Source: Deltaproteobacteria bacterium
GTDB taxonomy: Bacteria; Myxococcota_A; Polyangia; Polyangiales; Houyiibacteriaceae
Length of the DNA stretch: 64,000 bases
Direction of reading: 5' to 3'
Assembly: GCA_034670305.1 (NCBI GenBank)
Contig: JAXMNT010000015.1
Coordinates: 84,417-148,416, forward strand
In this document: positions 52,009-62,327 of the stretch, one piece after another
How the letters are laid out: each line of letters starts with the position of its first letter
How positions within the stretch are numbered: position 1 is the stretch's first letter
Translations under genes and position numbers: made by a program
Notes under the pieces: generated by a model
What the model was told of the DNA's origin: nothing
Databases searched by the model: none
What the model saw: the letters and a program-made list of their open reading frames with translations, nothing else

Positions 52009-52863
52009 ATGACTCGTGTTTGGTGGGTGGCTGCCTTGGCCTGTGGGCTCTTGGCGTGTGGGGACGACGACGGAATCGAAGTGGACGCGGGAGAAGATCC
52101 CGTCGACACCGGTGAGGTCTCAGACACGTTCGTGCCTGGCGACGCGGGGCCGACGGTGACGTGGGAACTCGACGTGCGCGATCTGCTGACCGGCGACGGC
52201 GTACCGAATGCGGTCGTGTGCGTGGACGGGTTCGACCAGCTGCCGTGCACCACGGTTGCCACCGATGGCACCGGCGAAATCGAAGTCCCGGTGAACCTCG
52301 AGTTGCAACTGCGCAGCAACGCGACCCGTTACTACCCGCTCCTGAGCACGTTCACGTCGACCGACGAGACCCGCCGGGTGCGTCTCGAGATCGTGAAACG
52401 TTCGAACATCCAGCCGCTGCTCGCCGCGGTGGGTGCGACGCTCGACCCCGACAAGGGGCAGCTGGCGTTTCTCTCGCAGTCCGGACCCGGCGAAGGCCTC
52501 GCCGGTGTGACCGCCACGCTCGATCCGATGTCGGGCGAAGGCCCTTACTACACGATGGACTCCATCCCGAACGGGGAGCTGACGGCGACCTCGGACGACG
52601 GGCTTGGCATCTACACCAACGTCGATCCGGGCGACCTCGAGGCGCTGTACGCCAACCCCGCGGGCGATTGTCTGGCGGACGAGGGGTGGGAGCGCGGACC
52701 GAACCGAGTGGGCACGCGCATGCAAGCGGGCCACCTCTCGATCATCATCGCTCGCTGTGCGGCACCGATGATGGACGACGCGGGCGTCGACGCAGGCACG
52801 GACGAAGACGCCGGAACGATGGTCGATGCGGGCGGCATGGACGCGGGCGTCGACGGCGGCTGA
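52009..52863 (+). CDS. Hypothetical lipoprotein
   Basis: LLACGDDDG lipobox; DAG repeats at the C-terminus. Confidence 0.75.
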   Translation: MTRVWWVAALACGLLACGDDDGIEVDAGEDPVDTGEVSDTFVPGDAGPTVTWELDVRDLLTGDGVPNAVVCVDGFDQLPCTTVATDGTGEIEVPVNLELQLRSNATRYYPLLSTFTSTDETRRVRLEIVKRSNIQPLLAAVGATLDPDKGQLAFLSQSGPGEGLAGVTATLDPMSGEGPYYTMDSIPNGELTATSDDGLGIYTNVDPGDLEALYANPAGDCLADEGWERGPNRVGTRMQAGHLSIIIARCAAPMMDDAGVDAGTDEDAGTMVDAGGMDAGVDGG

Positions 52864-52933
52864 ACCTGAGCGGCGGCTGAGCGCCGAGACCTTCGCGGCT
52901 TAGCGCGCCTTCGCGGCTTGGCGCAGCGCGCGG

Positions 52934-53644
52934 CTACGCTGGTTCGGGGTTCGGGTCCGGCATCAGCGCAGCGATCGCCTTCTCGAGGCGACGGCCAGCG
53001 TCTCCCTCTTGGCTGATCTTGCGTGCGCGGATCTTGATGTGGGTCGGCGTCGGTTCTTTCTGCAGCCGCTCCATGTGGCCCTGCAGTTTCCGGCGCGCCT
53101 CATGGACCCGCCACGCGACCGTGCCTTCGCTCGTGTTGAGAACGACGGCAGCTTCTTTGTAGGAGAGGCCCTGCAGCGTCGTGAGGACAACGGTGGTGCG
53201 CAACGTCGGGCTGAGCCGATCGAACGCAGCCAGCAGATGTGCGTAGGCTTCCTGGAGTTCGAGCGCGCGGCGTGGATCGCCATGGGCATCGACCGCGACA
53301 GCGGCCATGACACGCGGGTCCTCGAGTCCCACCGTGCGTCGCCTGCCCCGGTTGCGACGCACATTGAGCGCCCGGTGCAGCGTGATGCGGTACAGCCACG
53401 TGAAGAACTCACTGCGTCCTTCGAACCCGGCGAGTTTGCTGTAGGCCTTCAGGAACGCATCCTGGGTGATGTCTTCCGCATCGCTCGGCTGACCCGTGAG
53501 GTGGAGCGCGAGCGCGTAGATGCGCGGACGGTAGCGACGGAAGAGCTCCTCGAACGCCCGGTCGTCGCCCGCCTTCGCGGCATCGACGAGGGCGGTGGCC
53601 TCTCTGGCCCGCCGCTCCGTTTCCGTGATCTTGTTCACCGACAT
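52934..53644 (-). CDS. ECF sigma factor with C-terminal extension
   Basis: AEDITQDAFLKAY, FFTWLYRI, GLSYKEAA...GTVAWRVHEAR. Confidence 0.92.
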   Translation of the reverse strand: MSVNKITETERRAREATALVDAAKAGDDRAFEELFRRYRPRIYALALHLTGQPSDAEDITQDAFLKAYSKLAGFEGRSEFFTWLYRITLHRALNVRRNRGRRRTVGLEDPRVMAAVAVDAHGDPRRALELQEAYAHLLAAFDRLSPTLRTTVVLTTLQGLSYKEAAVVLNTSEGTVAWRVHEARRKLQGHMERLQKEPTPTHIKIRARKISQEGDAGRRLEKAIAALMPDPNPEPA

Positions 53645-53894
53645 GCTCTCCCTTGGAAACCTAACGGGTACGGCAATTGGGATCACGGGCATTTTTTTTC
53701 TTCTCGAGGGGTTTCCTCCCGTGGTCCACAGGTCCCCATTCTGCCGTCACCGGGCTGCCGGTATGCCGACGTCCCCAAATAGGGACAGGAGTTTCCCCGC
53801 GTGCCCTCGCTTGATCACCCCCTGGCGATCTGTTAATACCCAGTGACCCCAGTGGTCGTTGTCTAGGAAAATCACAAGAATCTCAGGCATTTAG

Positions 53895-55019
<1,125 letters not shown>

Positions 55020-55078
55020 TCTGGCGTGTGTGGCATGACCGCCGAACACACGTCCATCGCTCGGGCGAGTAGCGCCTC

Positions 55079-55951
55079 GTGAACCAGTTTCGCCGCTTCC
55101 GGGACGCCGCGATCACGGTCGCCTTGCTGGTGCTTCCGTTCTTCTTCTTGAGCGCGAACCTCAAGGATCCGGCGGACACGAACGTGCTCGACCAGATGTT
55201 CCTCTCGCTCAGTGGCCCCGTGCAGTACGTCGCCGCCGAGACCGCCTTCGCGACCAGCGGGGTGCTCGAGGAGTACTTCTATCTGGTCGATGTCGGACGC
55301 GACAACAGCCGGCTGCGCACCGAGAACGAACGGCTCCAGGAAGAGGTGCGGCTCCTGCGGAGCGAAGCCCGCGAGAACGAACGCCTGCGTGATCTGCTGC
55401 AGCTGCGCGAACGTCTCGGCGGGGAGACGATCAGCGCGCGCGTCATCGCCAAGGACATCTCTCCATTCTTCCGTGTCATCCGGGTGCGGGTCGATCGAGG
55501 CGCGCGCGACCGCGTGCGACACGGCATGCCGGTGGTCAGTTCGCTGGGGCTCGTCGGCCAGATTCGTCGGACCGCCGGACGCCACTCCGACGTCCTGCTC
55601 ACGGTCGACCAGGAGAGCGCGATCGACGTGGTCGTCCAGCGGACCGGCGCGCGCGGCATGTTGCGCGGCACCGGTGAGACCAACCGCTACCTGTGCCGGG
55701 TCCAGTACCTCGGGCGCGACGACGAGGTCGAGGTGGGGGACGAGGTCTACACCTCTGGGCTCGGCCGGCGGTTCCCCGCATCGATCTTGGTCGGTCGGGT
55801 GACTCGGGTGGAGCGCCAGGAGTTCGGGCTCTACCAGCAGGTCGAGGTCACCCCCTCGGTCGACTTCTCCGCACTCGAAGAGGTGTTGATCCTCACCCAC
55901 GGGGCCCGCCAGCCCGCCTCGGCCAGGGACGAAGAAGACGAGGAAGAGTGA
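55079..55951 (+). CDS. mreC: Rod shape-determining protein MreC
   Basis: TM helix, coiled coil ENERLRDLL, GLVGQ, TSGLG.RFP; synteny. Confidence 0.94.
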   Translation: MNQFRRFRDAAITVALLVLPFFFLSANLKDPADTNVLDQMFLSLSGPVQYVAAETAFATSGVLEEYFYLVDVGRDNSRLRTENERLQEEVRLLRSEARENERLRDLLQLRERLGGETISARVIAKDISPFFRVIRVRVDRGARDRVRHGMPVVSSLGLVGQIRRTAGRHSDVLLTVDQESAIDVVVQRTGARGMLRGTGETNRYLCRVQYLGRDDEVEVGDEVYTSGLGRRFPASILVGRVTRVERQEFGLYQQVEVTPSVDFSALEEVLILTHGARQPASARDEEDEEE

Positions 55952-56487
55952 TGCAGCCGAGCTTTCGCAGCATCGCGATCGTCGGACTGGGATTCTCCTT
56001 GCTGCTCGTGCAGTCGATGCTGGGAAGCGTTCTGACGATTCATCCGTTCTCCCCGCACCTGCTCCTGCCCATCGTCTTGTACGTGGGGGTCGCGCCGGAC
56101 GTCCCGCTCGTGCGGGGTGCATTCGTGAGCTTCCTTCTCGGCTATCTGTTGGACCTCTTCAGCGGCAACCTCATGAGTCTCCAGACCTTCATCTGCGTCG
56201 CGACGTTCGTGCTCGCGCGCGGAGCGGGCCTTCGGCTCTTGTTGCGGGGGCCGGGGTTCCAAATCGCGCTGACCTTCGTCGTGGCTGTGCTGGCCGGCGG
56301 AACCACCGTCGCACTGCGCGCCATCTTTTCGCTTCCCGCCCCCTTCCCGGCCGGTGGCGCCGCGGACACCGCGCTGGTCCTCCTCGCACCGGCAACCTCC
56401 ACGGCGCTGCTGAGTCCGATCGTCTTTACGCTCGTACAGCGCATCGATCAGAACCTCGGCCGCAAGCGGGAAGAGAGCCCCGCGTGA
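55951..56487 (+). CDS. mreD: Rod shape-determining protein MreD
   Basis: Hydrophobic; GYLLDLFSG; lies between mreC and mrdA. Confidence 0.85.
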   Translation: MQPSFRSIAIVGLGFSLLLVQSMLGSVLTIHPFSPHLLLPIVLYVGVAPDVPLVRGAFVSFLLGYLLDLFSGNLMSLQTFICVATFVLARGAGLRLLLRGPGFQIALTFVVAVLAGGTTVALRAIFSLPAPFPAGGAADTALVLLAPATSTALLSPIVFTLVQRIDQNLGRKREESPA

Positions 56488-56569
56488 CCTGGCGTGAAAT
56501 GCACCGCGGCTCCAACAGCCCGCACCCGTGCCGGGTGTCCCGTCGGCAACCCACCGGAGGGTCTCACGC

Positions 56570-58531
56570 ATGGTGATGCTCTCCCCACGTCGAGAGGTCG
56601 GCGAGTTTCGCAAGCGCTACAAATGGATGGCGCTGGTCGTCTCGATCGTGTTTCTCGCCCTGGTGGGCCGCATGGTCCAGCTGCAGCTCGTTCAGCGCGA
56701 ACACTGGTCGGCGATTGCACGGGAGAACATCACCAAGACGTTTCGACTCCCGGCCACCCGCGGCATCGTGCGCGATGCCCGCGGCAGACTCGTCGCGAGC
56801 AACCGGCCGAGCTACGACGTCTACCTCACGCCTCAACTGCTCAGCCCCGAGGACATCGATCTGCTGTGCGAGCTGATGGATCTCGACCCGGACGAGCGCG
56901 CCCACCTGCGCCGGCGCATCGCGGCGATTCCGTTGCATCGGCGCATGCACCAGATCGAGATGTTCCGCGACATCGACCGCGACCAGATGGCCGCGATCGA
57001 GACCCATCAGAACGACCTCCGCGGTCTGGACGTCTTGCCCCGCCCAGTGCGGCTGTACCCGTACGGGGCGCTCGGCGCGCACGCCGTCGGCTACCTCAAC
57101 GAGGTGAGCGCAGAGGACCTCGAGCGGCTCGCGGAAGACTACGGTCCCGGGGACGTCGTAGGCCGGATGGGGGTCGAGCGGGCGTGGGAAGATCAGCTGC
57201 GCGGCCAGCGCGGATTCCGCCGGGTGCTCGTCGACGCGCGGGGCCGGCGACAGCGCAACGCCACCCAACTCGCGGCGGAGCGCGAAGAGGTCAACCCACC
57301 CGAGCCCGGGCACGATCTCGTCCTCAGCCTGGACATGGAGCTGATGCGCTCCATCGAACACGCGTTCGCGGGACACCCCGCCGGCTCGGCGGTGGTGATC
57401 GACGTGAAGAGCGGCCGCGTGCGCGCCCTCTTCAGCAAGCCGACCTACGACCTCAATCAGATCTCGAACGGCATCAGCCACGCGGCGTACGACGAGCTTC
57501 GCGCGGACCCGTTCCGGCCTCTGATCGACAAGACGATCTACGAATCGTACTTCCCCGGATCGACCTTCAAACCGATCAGTGCGCTCGCGGCGCTCGGTGA
57601 CTCGATTCTCAACCCGTCCGACCGGGTCGAGTGCATCGGCTACTACACGGTCGGCAACGACACCCGTCCCAAGTTGTGCACCAGCGCGCACGGCGAGGTC
57701 GACATGCGGACCGCGTTGGTCCAGTCCTGCAACGTCTACTTCTACAAGCTCGCCGAACAGGTGGGCCTCGAGCGCCTCAACCGGCAGGCCCGCAGCTTCG
57801 GTCTCGGACAGCGCACCGGCATCGGCATCAACAGCGAAGCGCGCGGGTTCCTGGCGACGCGGGAGTGGTACGAGGATCGGTTTGGGCGCTTTCGCGTCGG
57901 CTACACCCTCAACACCGCGATCGGCCAGGGAAACACCCGCGTGACGCTCTTGCAGCTCGCCCTCGCGTACGGCGCGCTCGCGAACGGCGGCATCCTCTAC
58001 CAACCCCAGTTGGTCGAGTCCATCCGTGAGCCCGATGGAACGCTGATCGAAGAGTTCGCACCGGTCATCAACCGCCGGATCGACATCACAGACGAGCACC
58101 TCGCCTTGATCCAGAGCGGACTGAACGGGGTCGTGAACCAGCAGGGCGGCACGGCCTACGACGCGCGCATCGAAGGCGGCGTGGACATCGCCGGCAAGAC
58201 CGGAACGGCCGAGATCGCGCCGGGCACCCCGCGACGGGACGTCGACACCCGGCGGGCCTGGTACTTCAACCGCTCCCACGCGTGGTTCGCCGGGTACGCG
58301 CCGGTGGACGACCCCGAGGTGGCGATCGTGGTGCTGGTCGAGCATGGCGGCCCCGGTGGTCGCACCGCCGCGCCGATCGCCATTCGCATCTTGCAGGACT
58401 ACCTCGGCGGACGGCCCACGACCGCCTCGCTCGAGCCCTCGACCACCGCGCGCCCGACCCTCCGCGAAGACCGACGTGTCCCGCACCTGCGCGACGCGTT
58501 GCGTGCCAGCCCACCACGGGGGCGCCGCTAA
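56570..58531 (+). CDS. mrdA: Penicillin-binding protein 2
   Basis: ATRGIVRD, STFK, SCN, KTG motifs. Confidence 0.96.
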   Translation: MVMLSPRREVGEFRKRYKWMALVVSIVFLALVGRMVQLQLVQREHWSAIARENITKTFRLPATRGIVRDARGRLVASNRPSYDVYLTPQLLSPEDIDLLCELMDLDPDERAHLRRRIAAIPLHRRMHQIEMFRDIDRDQMAAIETHQNDLRGLDVLPRPVRLYPYGALGAHAVGYLNEVSAEDLERLAEDYGPGDVVGRMGVERAWEDQLRGQRGFRRVLVDARGRRQRNATQLAAEREEVNPPEPGHDLVLSLDMELMRSIEHAFAGHPAGSAVVIDVKSGRVRALFSKPTYDLNQISNGISHAAYDELRADPFRPLIDKTIYESYFPGSTFKPISALAALGDSILNPSDRVECIGYYTVGNDTRPKLCTSAHGEVDMRTALVQSCNVYFYKLAEQVGLERLNRQARSFGLGQRTGIGINSEARGFLATREWYEDRFGRFRVGYTLNTAIGQGNTRVTLLQLALAYGALANGGILYQPQLVESIREPDGTLIEEFAPVINRRIDITDEHLALIQSGLNGVVNQQGGTAYDARIEGGVDIAGKTGTAEIAPGTPRRDVDTRRAWYFNRSHAWFAGYAPVDDPEVAIVVLVEHGGPGGRTAAPIAIRILQDYLGGRPTTASLEPSTTARPTLREDRRVPHLRDALRASPPRGRR

Positions 58532-59644
58532 GTGGCACTCGTCCGGACGTTCCGCGACCAGTTCGACTGGCCGCTCTTCGTCGTGACCTGCGCCATCGCC
58601 GTGCTCGGTGTCGTGAACCTGTACAGCGCGACGAGTGCGAGCGGCGCCGTCGCCGATGCGTACATCCAGCAGATCTACTGGCTCACGCTCGGTGCGGGGG
58701 TCGCGGTCCTCGTCGCAGCCATCGACTACCGCCACTACGAGCGCAACGCCTGGCTGATCTACGGCGGCGGCGTGACCCTCCTCGTGCTCGTCTTCCTGCT
58801 CGGCACCACGATCCGGGGCTCGACCCGATGGATCAACCTCGGCGGGTTCTCGCTCCAGCCGAGTGAGCTGATGAAGATCTTCTTGGTGATCGCGCTCGCC
58901 AAGTACCTGCACAACGATCCGAAGACCGATGGGCGCACGCTCAAAGATCTGGTCATTCCGGGACTCATTCTCGCGTTCCCGATGGGTCTCATCCTGGCCC
59001 AGCCCGACCTCGGCACCGCGCTCATCTGTGCATTCATCTTCGGTACCGTCATGGTGCTCACGAACCTCAAGCTCCGGTCGCTCTTCACCTTGGCGGTCGC
59101 CTTCACGCTCAGCGCTCCGCTGACCTGGACGTACCTGCTGAAGGAGTACCAGAAGAACCGGATCCGAGCGTTCTGGGAGCAGTGGATGGGCGACTCCCAG
59201 GACCTGCTCGACACCGGCTGGCACGCGCACCAATCCCAGGTCGCGATCGGGAGCGGTGGAGCCTGGGGCAAGGGTTTCATGCAGGGCACCCAGAACCAGT
59301 TCCGATTCCTGCCCGACCAGCACTCCGACTTTCCGTTCAGCGTGTGGGCCGAGGAGCAGGGCTTTGCAGGCAGCATGTTGATCCTCGGGCTCTACCTCTT
59401 TCTGGTGATCTGGGGATTGAAGACGGCGTCTCAAGCCAAAGACCGGTTCGGCGCCGTGGTCGCGGTCGGTGTCAGCGCGATGATCTTCTGGCAGGCCATC
59501 ATCAACGTCGGCATGGTCAGCGGCATGCTGCCCGTGGTCGGCATGACCCTCCCGCTCTTCTCCTACGGCGGCTCGAGCGTGCTCACGGTGATGATGGGCA
59601 TCGGCCTGCTGATGAACGTCAGCATGCGTCGCTTCTCGTACTGA
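58532..59644 (+). CDS. rodA: Rod shape-determining protein RodA
   Basis: QPSELMK, QPDLGT, AIGSGG, HSDF, LPLFSYGGSS. Confidence 0.96.
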   Translation: MALVRTFRDQFDWPLFVVTCAIAVLGVVNLYSATSASGAVADAYIQQIYWLTLGAGVAVLVAAIDYRHYERNAWLIYGGGVTLLVLVFLLGTTIRGSTRWINLGGFSLQPSELMKIFLVIALAKYLHNDPKTDGRTLKDLVIPGLILAFPMGLILAQPDLGTALICAFIFGTVMVLTNLKLRSLFTLAVAFTLSAPLTWTYLLKEYQKNRIRAFWEQWMGDSQDLLDTGWHAHQSQVAIGSGGAWGKGFMQGTQNQFRFLPDQHSDFPFSVWAEEQGFAGSMLILGLYLFLVIWGLKTASQAKDRFGAVVAVGVSAMIFWQAIINVGMVSGMLPVVGMTLPLFSYGGSSVLTVMMGIGLLMNVSMRRFSY

Positions 59645-59693
59645 CCAGAGTTCTTCACAAACGATCGGGAGATCATCTACGGTAGCCCTCCCC

Positions 59694-61988
59694 GTGACGG
59701 ACTCGACACCCGCCCTCCCGCCTGGTCCCCCCGTCGCGTCCGCCCCGGCCGCCGTGGGCGGCGAACCCACGGGTGACTCGGGCGGCGCCGTACCGGAGCA
59801 GAACGGAGGGCGCCAACGGGTGCTCTTCGGAACCTTCACCGGCGTCTTCCTGCCGACGCTGCTGACCATCTTCGGCGTCATCATGTACGTCCGGATTGGC
59901 TGGTCGGTGGGCAACGCCGGAGTCATCGGCACTTGGCTCGTGATGCTTCTGGCGATGGGCATCACCGCCGCCACCGGACTCTCGCTGAGTTCGATCGCGA
60001 CCAACACCCGGATCGGTCCAGGCGGCCCCTACGCGATCATGGCGCGCTCCCTCGGCTTCGAGGTCGGGGGCGCGATCGGCTTGCCGCTCTACCTGACGCG
60101 CCCGCTCGGCGTCGCGATGTACATCATCGGGTTCCGGGAGGGCTGGCTCTGGATTTTCCCCGACCATCCTCCGCTGGTCATCGACCTCTGTGTCTTCACG
60201 GTGCTCGCCGCCATCTCCTACATCAGCGCCGACCTCGCGTTCCGCGTTCAGTACATCATCATGGCGATCATCATCGGGTCGCTGATCTCGATCTTCGGCA
60301 GCGAGGTCACGTTCCATCCGGTGACGCAAGACCCGATGTGGTGGGGCGAGTACCAAGGGTTCCCAGAGAACGGCTTCCAAGGCACCGACTTCTGGGGAGT
60401 CTTCGCGGTCTTCTTCCCAGCGACCACCGGCATTCTCGCCGGCGCCAACATGTCCGGCGATCTGAAGGACCCCCGCCGCGCGATTCCCGCCGGCACCCTG
60501 TGGGCCATCGGCATCAGCTCGATCGTGTACTTCGTGCTCGCGTACTGGTGTGCCGGTGCCGGCACCCGCGAAGAGTTGCTGACCAACTACAACATCGTCA
60601 TCGATCGGAGCATCTGGCCGCCGATCGTGCTCGCGGGTTTGCTCGGCGCCACGGCTTCCTCTGCCCTCGCCGGGCTCGTTGGCGGTCCCCGCATCCTGAT
60701 GGCCATGGGACAGCACCGCGTCATTCCGTTCGCGAAGACCATGGCGAAAGCCTCGCCGGACGGGAACCCACGCGCGGCGATCATCGTCACCTCGCTCTTG
60801 ACGCTCGGTTGCGTGATGGTGCGCGACCTGAACGCCATCGCGCCCGTCGTCACGATGTTCTTCCTCATCACCTACGCGGTGCTGAATCTGGTCGTGCTGG
60901 TGGAGAACGGCGTGGGGCTCGTGAGCTTCCGACCGACTCTGCGGATTGGGTTCGTGATCCCCCTCTTCGGCTTGGTCGGATGCATCTTCTCGATGTTCAT
61001 CGTCAACCCGACGTTCGGCCTGATCTCGTTCGGCCTGGTGATCGCGTTCTACATCTACATCTCGCGCCGAGGTCAGTTCGACGAATCCGAAGACGTGCGT
61101 TCGAGTGTGTTCGTCGCGCTGGCACAATGGGCCGCCGCGCGGGTCACCGAAAAGGACCAGACCAACCAACGCGCCTGGAAGCCGAACATCATGATCCCGG
61201 TGATCGATCCGGAGATGGTCCGCGGACAGTTCCAGCTCTACCTCGACCTCACGTCCCCCGACGGGTCGATCACGCTGCTCGGCCTCGGCGACGGCGACAA
61301 GGACGCGATGCGCGAGCGGTTGAAGAAGCTCGCGGAGAGTTTTCGCGAAGGCGGCGTCCAGTCGAGCGCGGCGGTGGTCCATGGGGAGGACACCGTGGCC
61401 GGGGTGCTCCAGAGCATGGAGGCACTGCAGGCGGCATTCTTCCGGCCGAACGTGCTTGTCATTCCGTACGACGAAGAACACATCGAACGCGCGGACACGC
61501 AGCGCTACGCCGAAGCGGTCCAGCAACTCGGCGTCGGCATGCTCATCATCGCCATGCATCCGAAGGCCGGGTTCGGCGAGCGCAAGCGGGTCAACCTCTG
61601 GGTGCGCACGCCGCCGGGTGAACTGGACGCGGTGGAGGCCTTCTCCTCGGGCAACCTCAACCTCAACCTCCTGACCGGCTACCGACTCCTGCGACGCTGG
61701 GGCGCCGATGTCCGCCTCATCTCCTGCGTGCCCGAGGGCACGGACGTCGAGGCGGTGCTCGCGTTTCAGCACGAGCTGCGCGACCTCGCCCGCTTCCCGA
61801 GCGACGTGGAGTGCAAAGTGATGGTCGGCGGGTTCGAAGAGAGCCTGGCGGACGCGCCCATCGCCGACGTGAACATCATCGGCATGCCGCCGAGCCCGGA
61901 CCCGGAGCTGCTCAAACGCTGGGTCGGCCTCGCGCACGCGACCTGCATCTTCGTCCGGGACAGCGGCCGAGAGAACGCGCTGGTCTAG
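59694..61988 (+). CDS. Cation-chloride cotransporter (SLC12/CCC-like) amino acid permease
   Basis: FGTFTGVF...IFGVIMYVR, SSIATN...GGPY, VFFPATTGILAGANMSGDLKDP, W.PN; soluble C-terminal domain. Confidence 0.88.
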   Translation: MTDSTPALPPGPPVASAPAAVGGEPTGDSGGAVPEQNGGRQRVLFGTFTGVFLPTLLTIFGVIMYVRIGWSVGNAGVIGTWLVMLLAMGITAATGLSLSSIATNTRIGPGGPYAIMARSLGFEVGGAIGLPLYLTRPLGVAMYIIGFREGWLWIFPDHPPLVIDLCVFTVLAAISYISADLAFRVQYIIMAIIIGSLISIFGSEVTFHPVTQDPMWWGEYQGFPENGFQGTDFWGVFAVFFPATTGILAGANMSGDLKDPRRAIPAGTLWAIGISSIVYFVLAYWCAGAGTREELLTNYNIVIDRSIWPPIVLAGLLGATASSALAGLVGGPRILMAMGQHRVIPFAKTMAKASPDGNPRAAIIVTSLLTLGCVMVRDLNAIAPVVTMFFLITYAVLNLVVLVENGVGLVSFRPTLRIGFVIPLFGLVGCIFSMFIVNPTFGLISFGLVIAFYIYISRRGQFDESEDVRSSVFVALAQWAAARVTEKDQTNQRAWKPNIMIPVIDPEMVRGQFQLYLDLTSPDGSITLLGLGDGDKDAMRERLKKLAESFREGGVQSSAAVVHGEDTVAGVLQSMEALQAAFFRPNVLVIPYDEEHIERADTQRYAEAVQQLGVGMLIIAMHPKAGFGERKRVNLWVRTPPGELDAVEAFSSGNLNLNLLTGYRLLRRWGADVRLISCVPEGTDVEAVLAFQHELRDLARFPSDVECKVMVGGFEESLADAPIADVNIIGMPPSPDPELLKRWVGLAHATCIFVRDSGRENALV

Positions 61989-62272
61989 CAGGTCGCTGAA
62001 AAGCGACCTGCTCCCTTGCCCTTGCCCGTGCCCTTGCCCGCGTCGTGGACGCCGTGTGTTTCGCGACGGCGAGGCCGCGAATCGGAGCCCGATGCCCAGC
62101 GGACGAAGCCGCTGGGCATCGGGCAGTGGTACATCGCGTCGAAGTCCGACGAGAGAGCCGCGAGCGCCTCATCTTGAGCAGGTCGTCGCGATGCTCGTCG
62201 CGCTGATCAAGCGATCTGACCGCTGATCGGCGGGCAAGGGCAAAGGCAAGGGCAGGGGCAAGGGGCAGGGGC
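61986..62272 (+). mobile_element. TAG-hairpin-(CCCTTG)n...(CAAGGG)n element, copy C (internally deleted)
   Basis: Matches the reverse complement of the ends of 47242-47792; keeps only the last codons EQVVAMLVALIKRSDR* of the four-helix-bundle gene. Confidence 0.8.
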
Positions 62273-62327
62273 ACGCGGATGAGGAGGCACCTCGCGCGGT
62301 TGGCTGGGGTCGGGTACACCTCTGTCC

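Noticed and set aside
53768-53797. Possible ECF autoregulatory promoter GGAAAC...CGTC (minus strand)
   Set aside because: 19-nt spacing is longer than typical; support is weak
53811-53839. Possible mreB promoter TTGATC-N17-TAATAC
   Set aside because: The -10 lacks the conserved final T; cannot be supported from sequence alone
61987-62002. AGCAGGTCGCTGAAAA resembling an IS terminal repeat
   Set aside because: Resemblance from memory only; no cognate DDE transposase or distal partner end in the window
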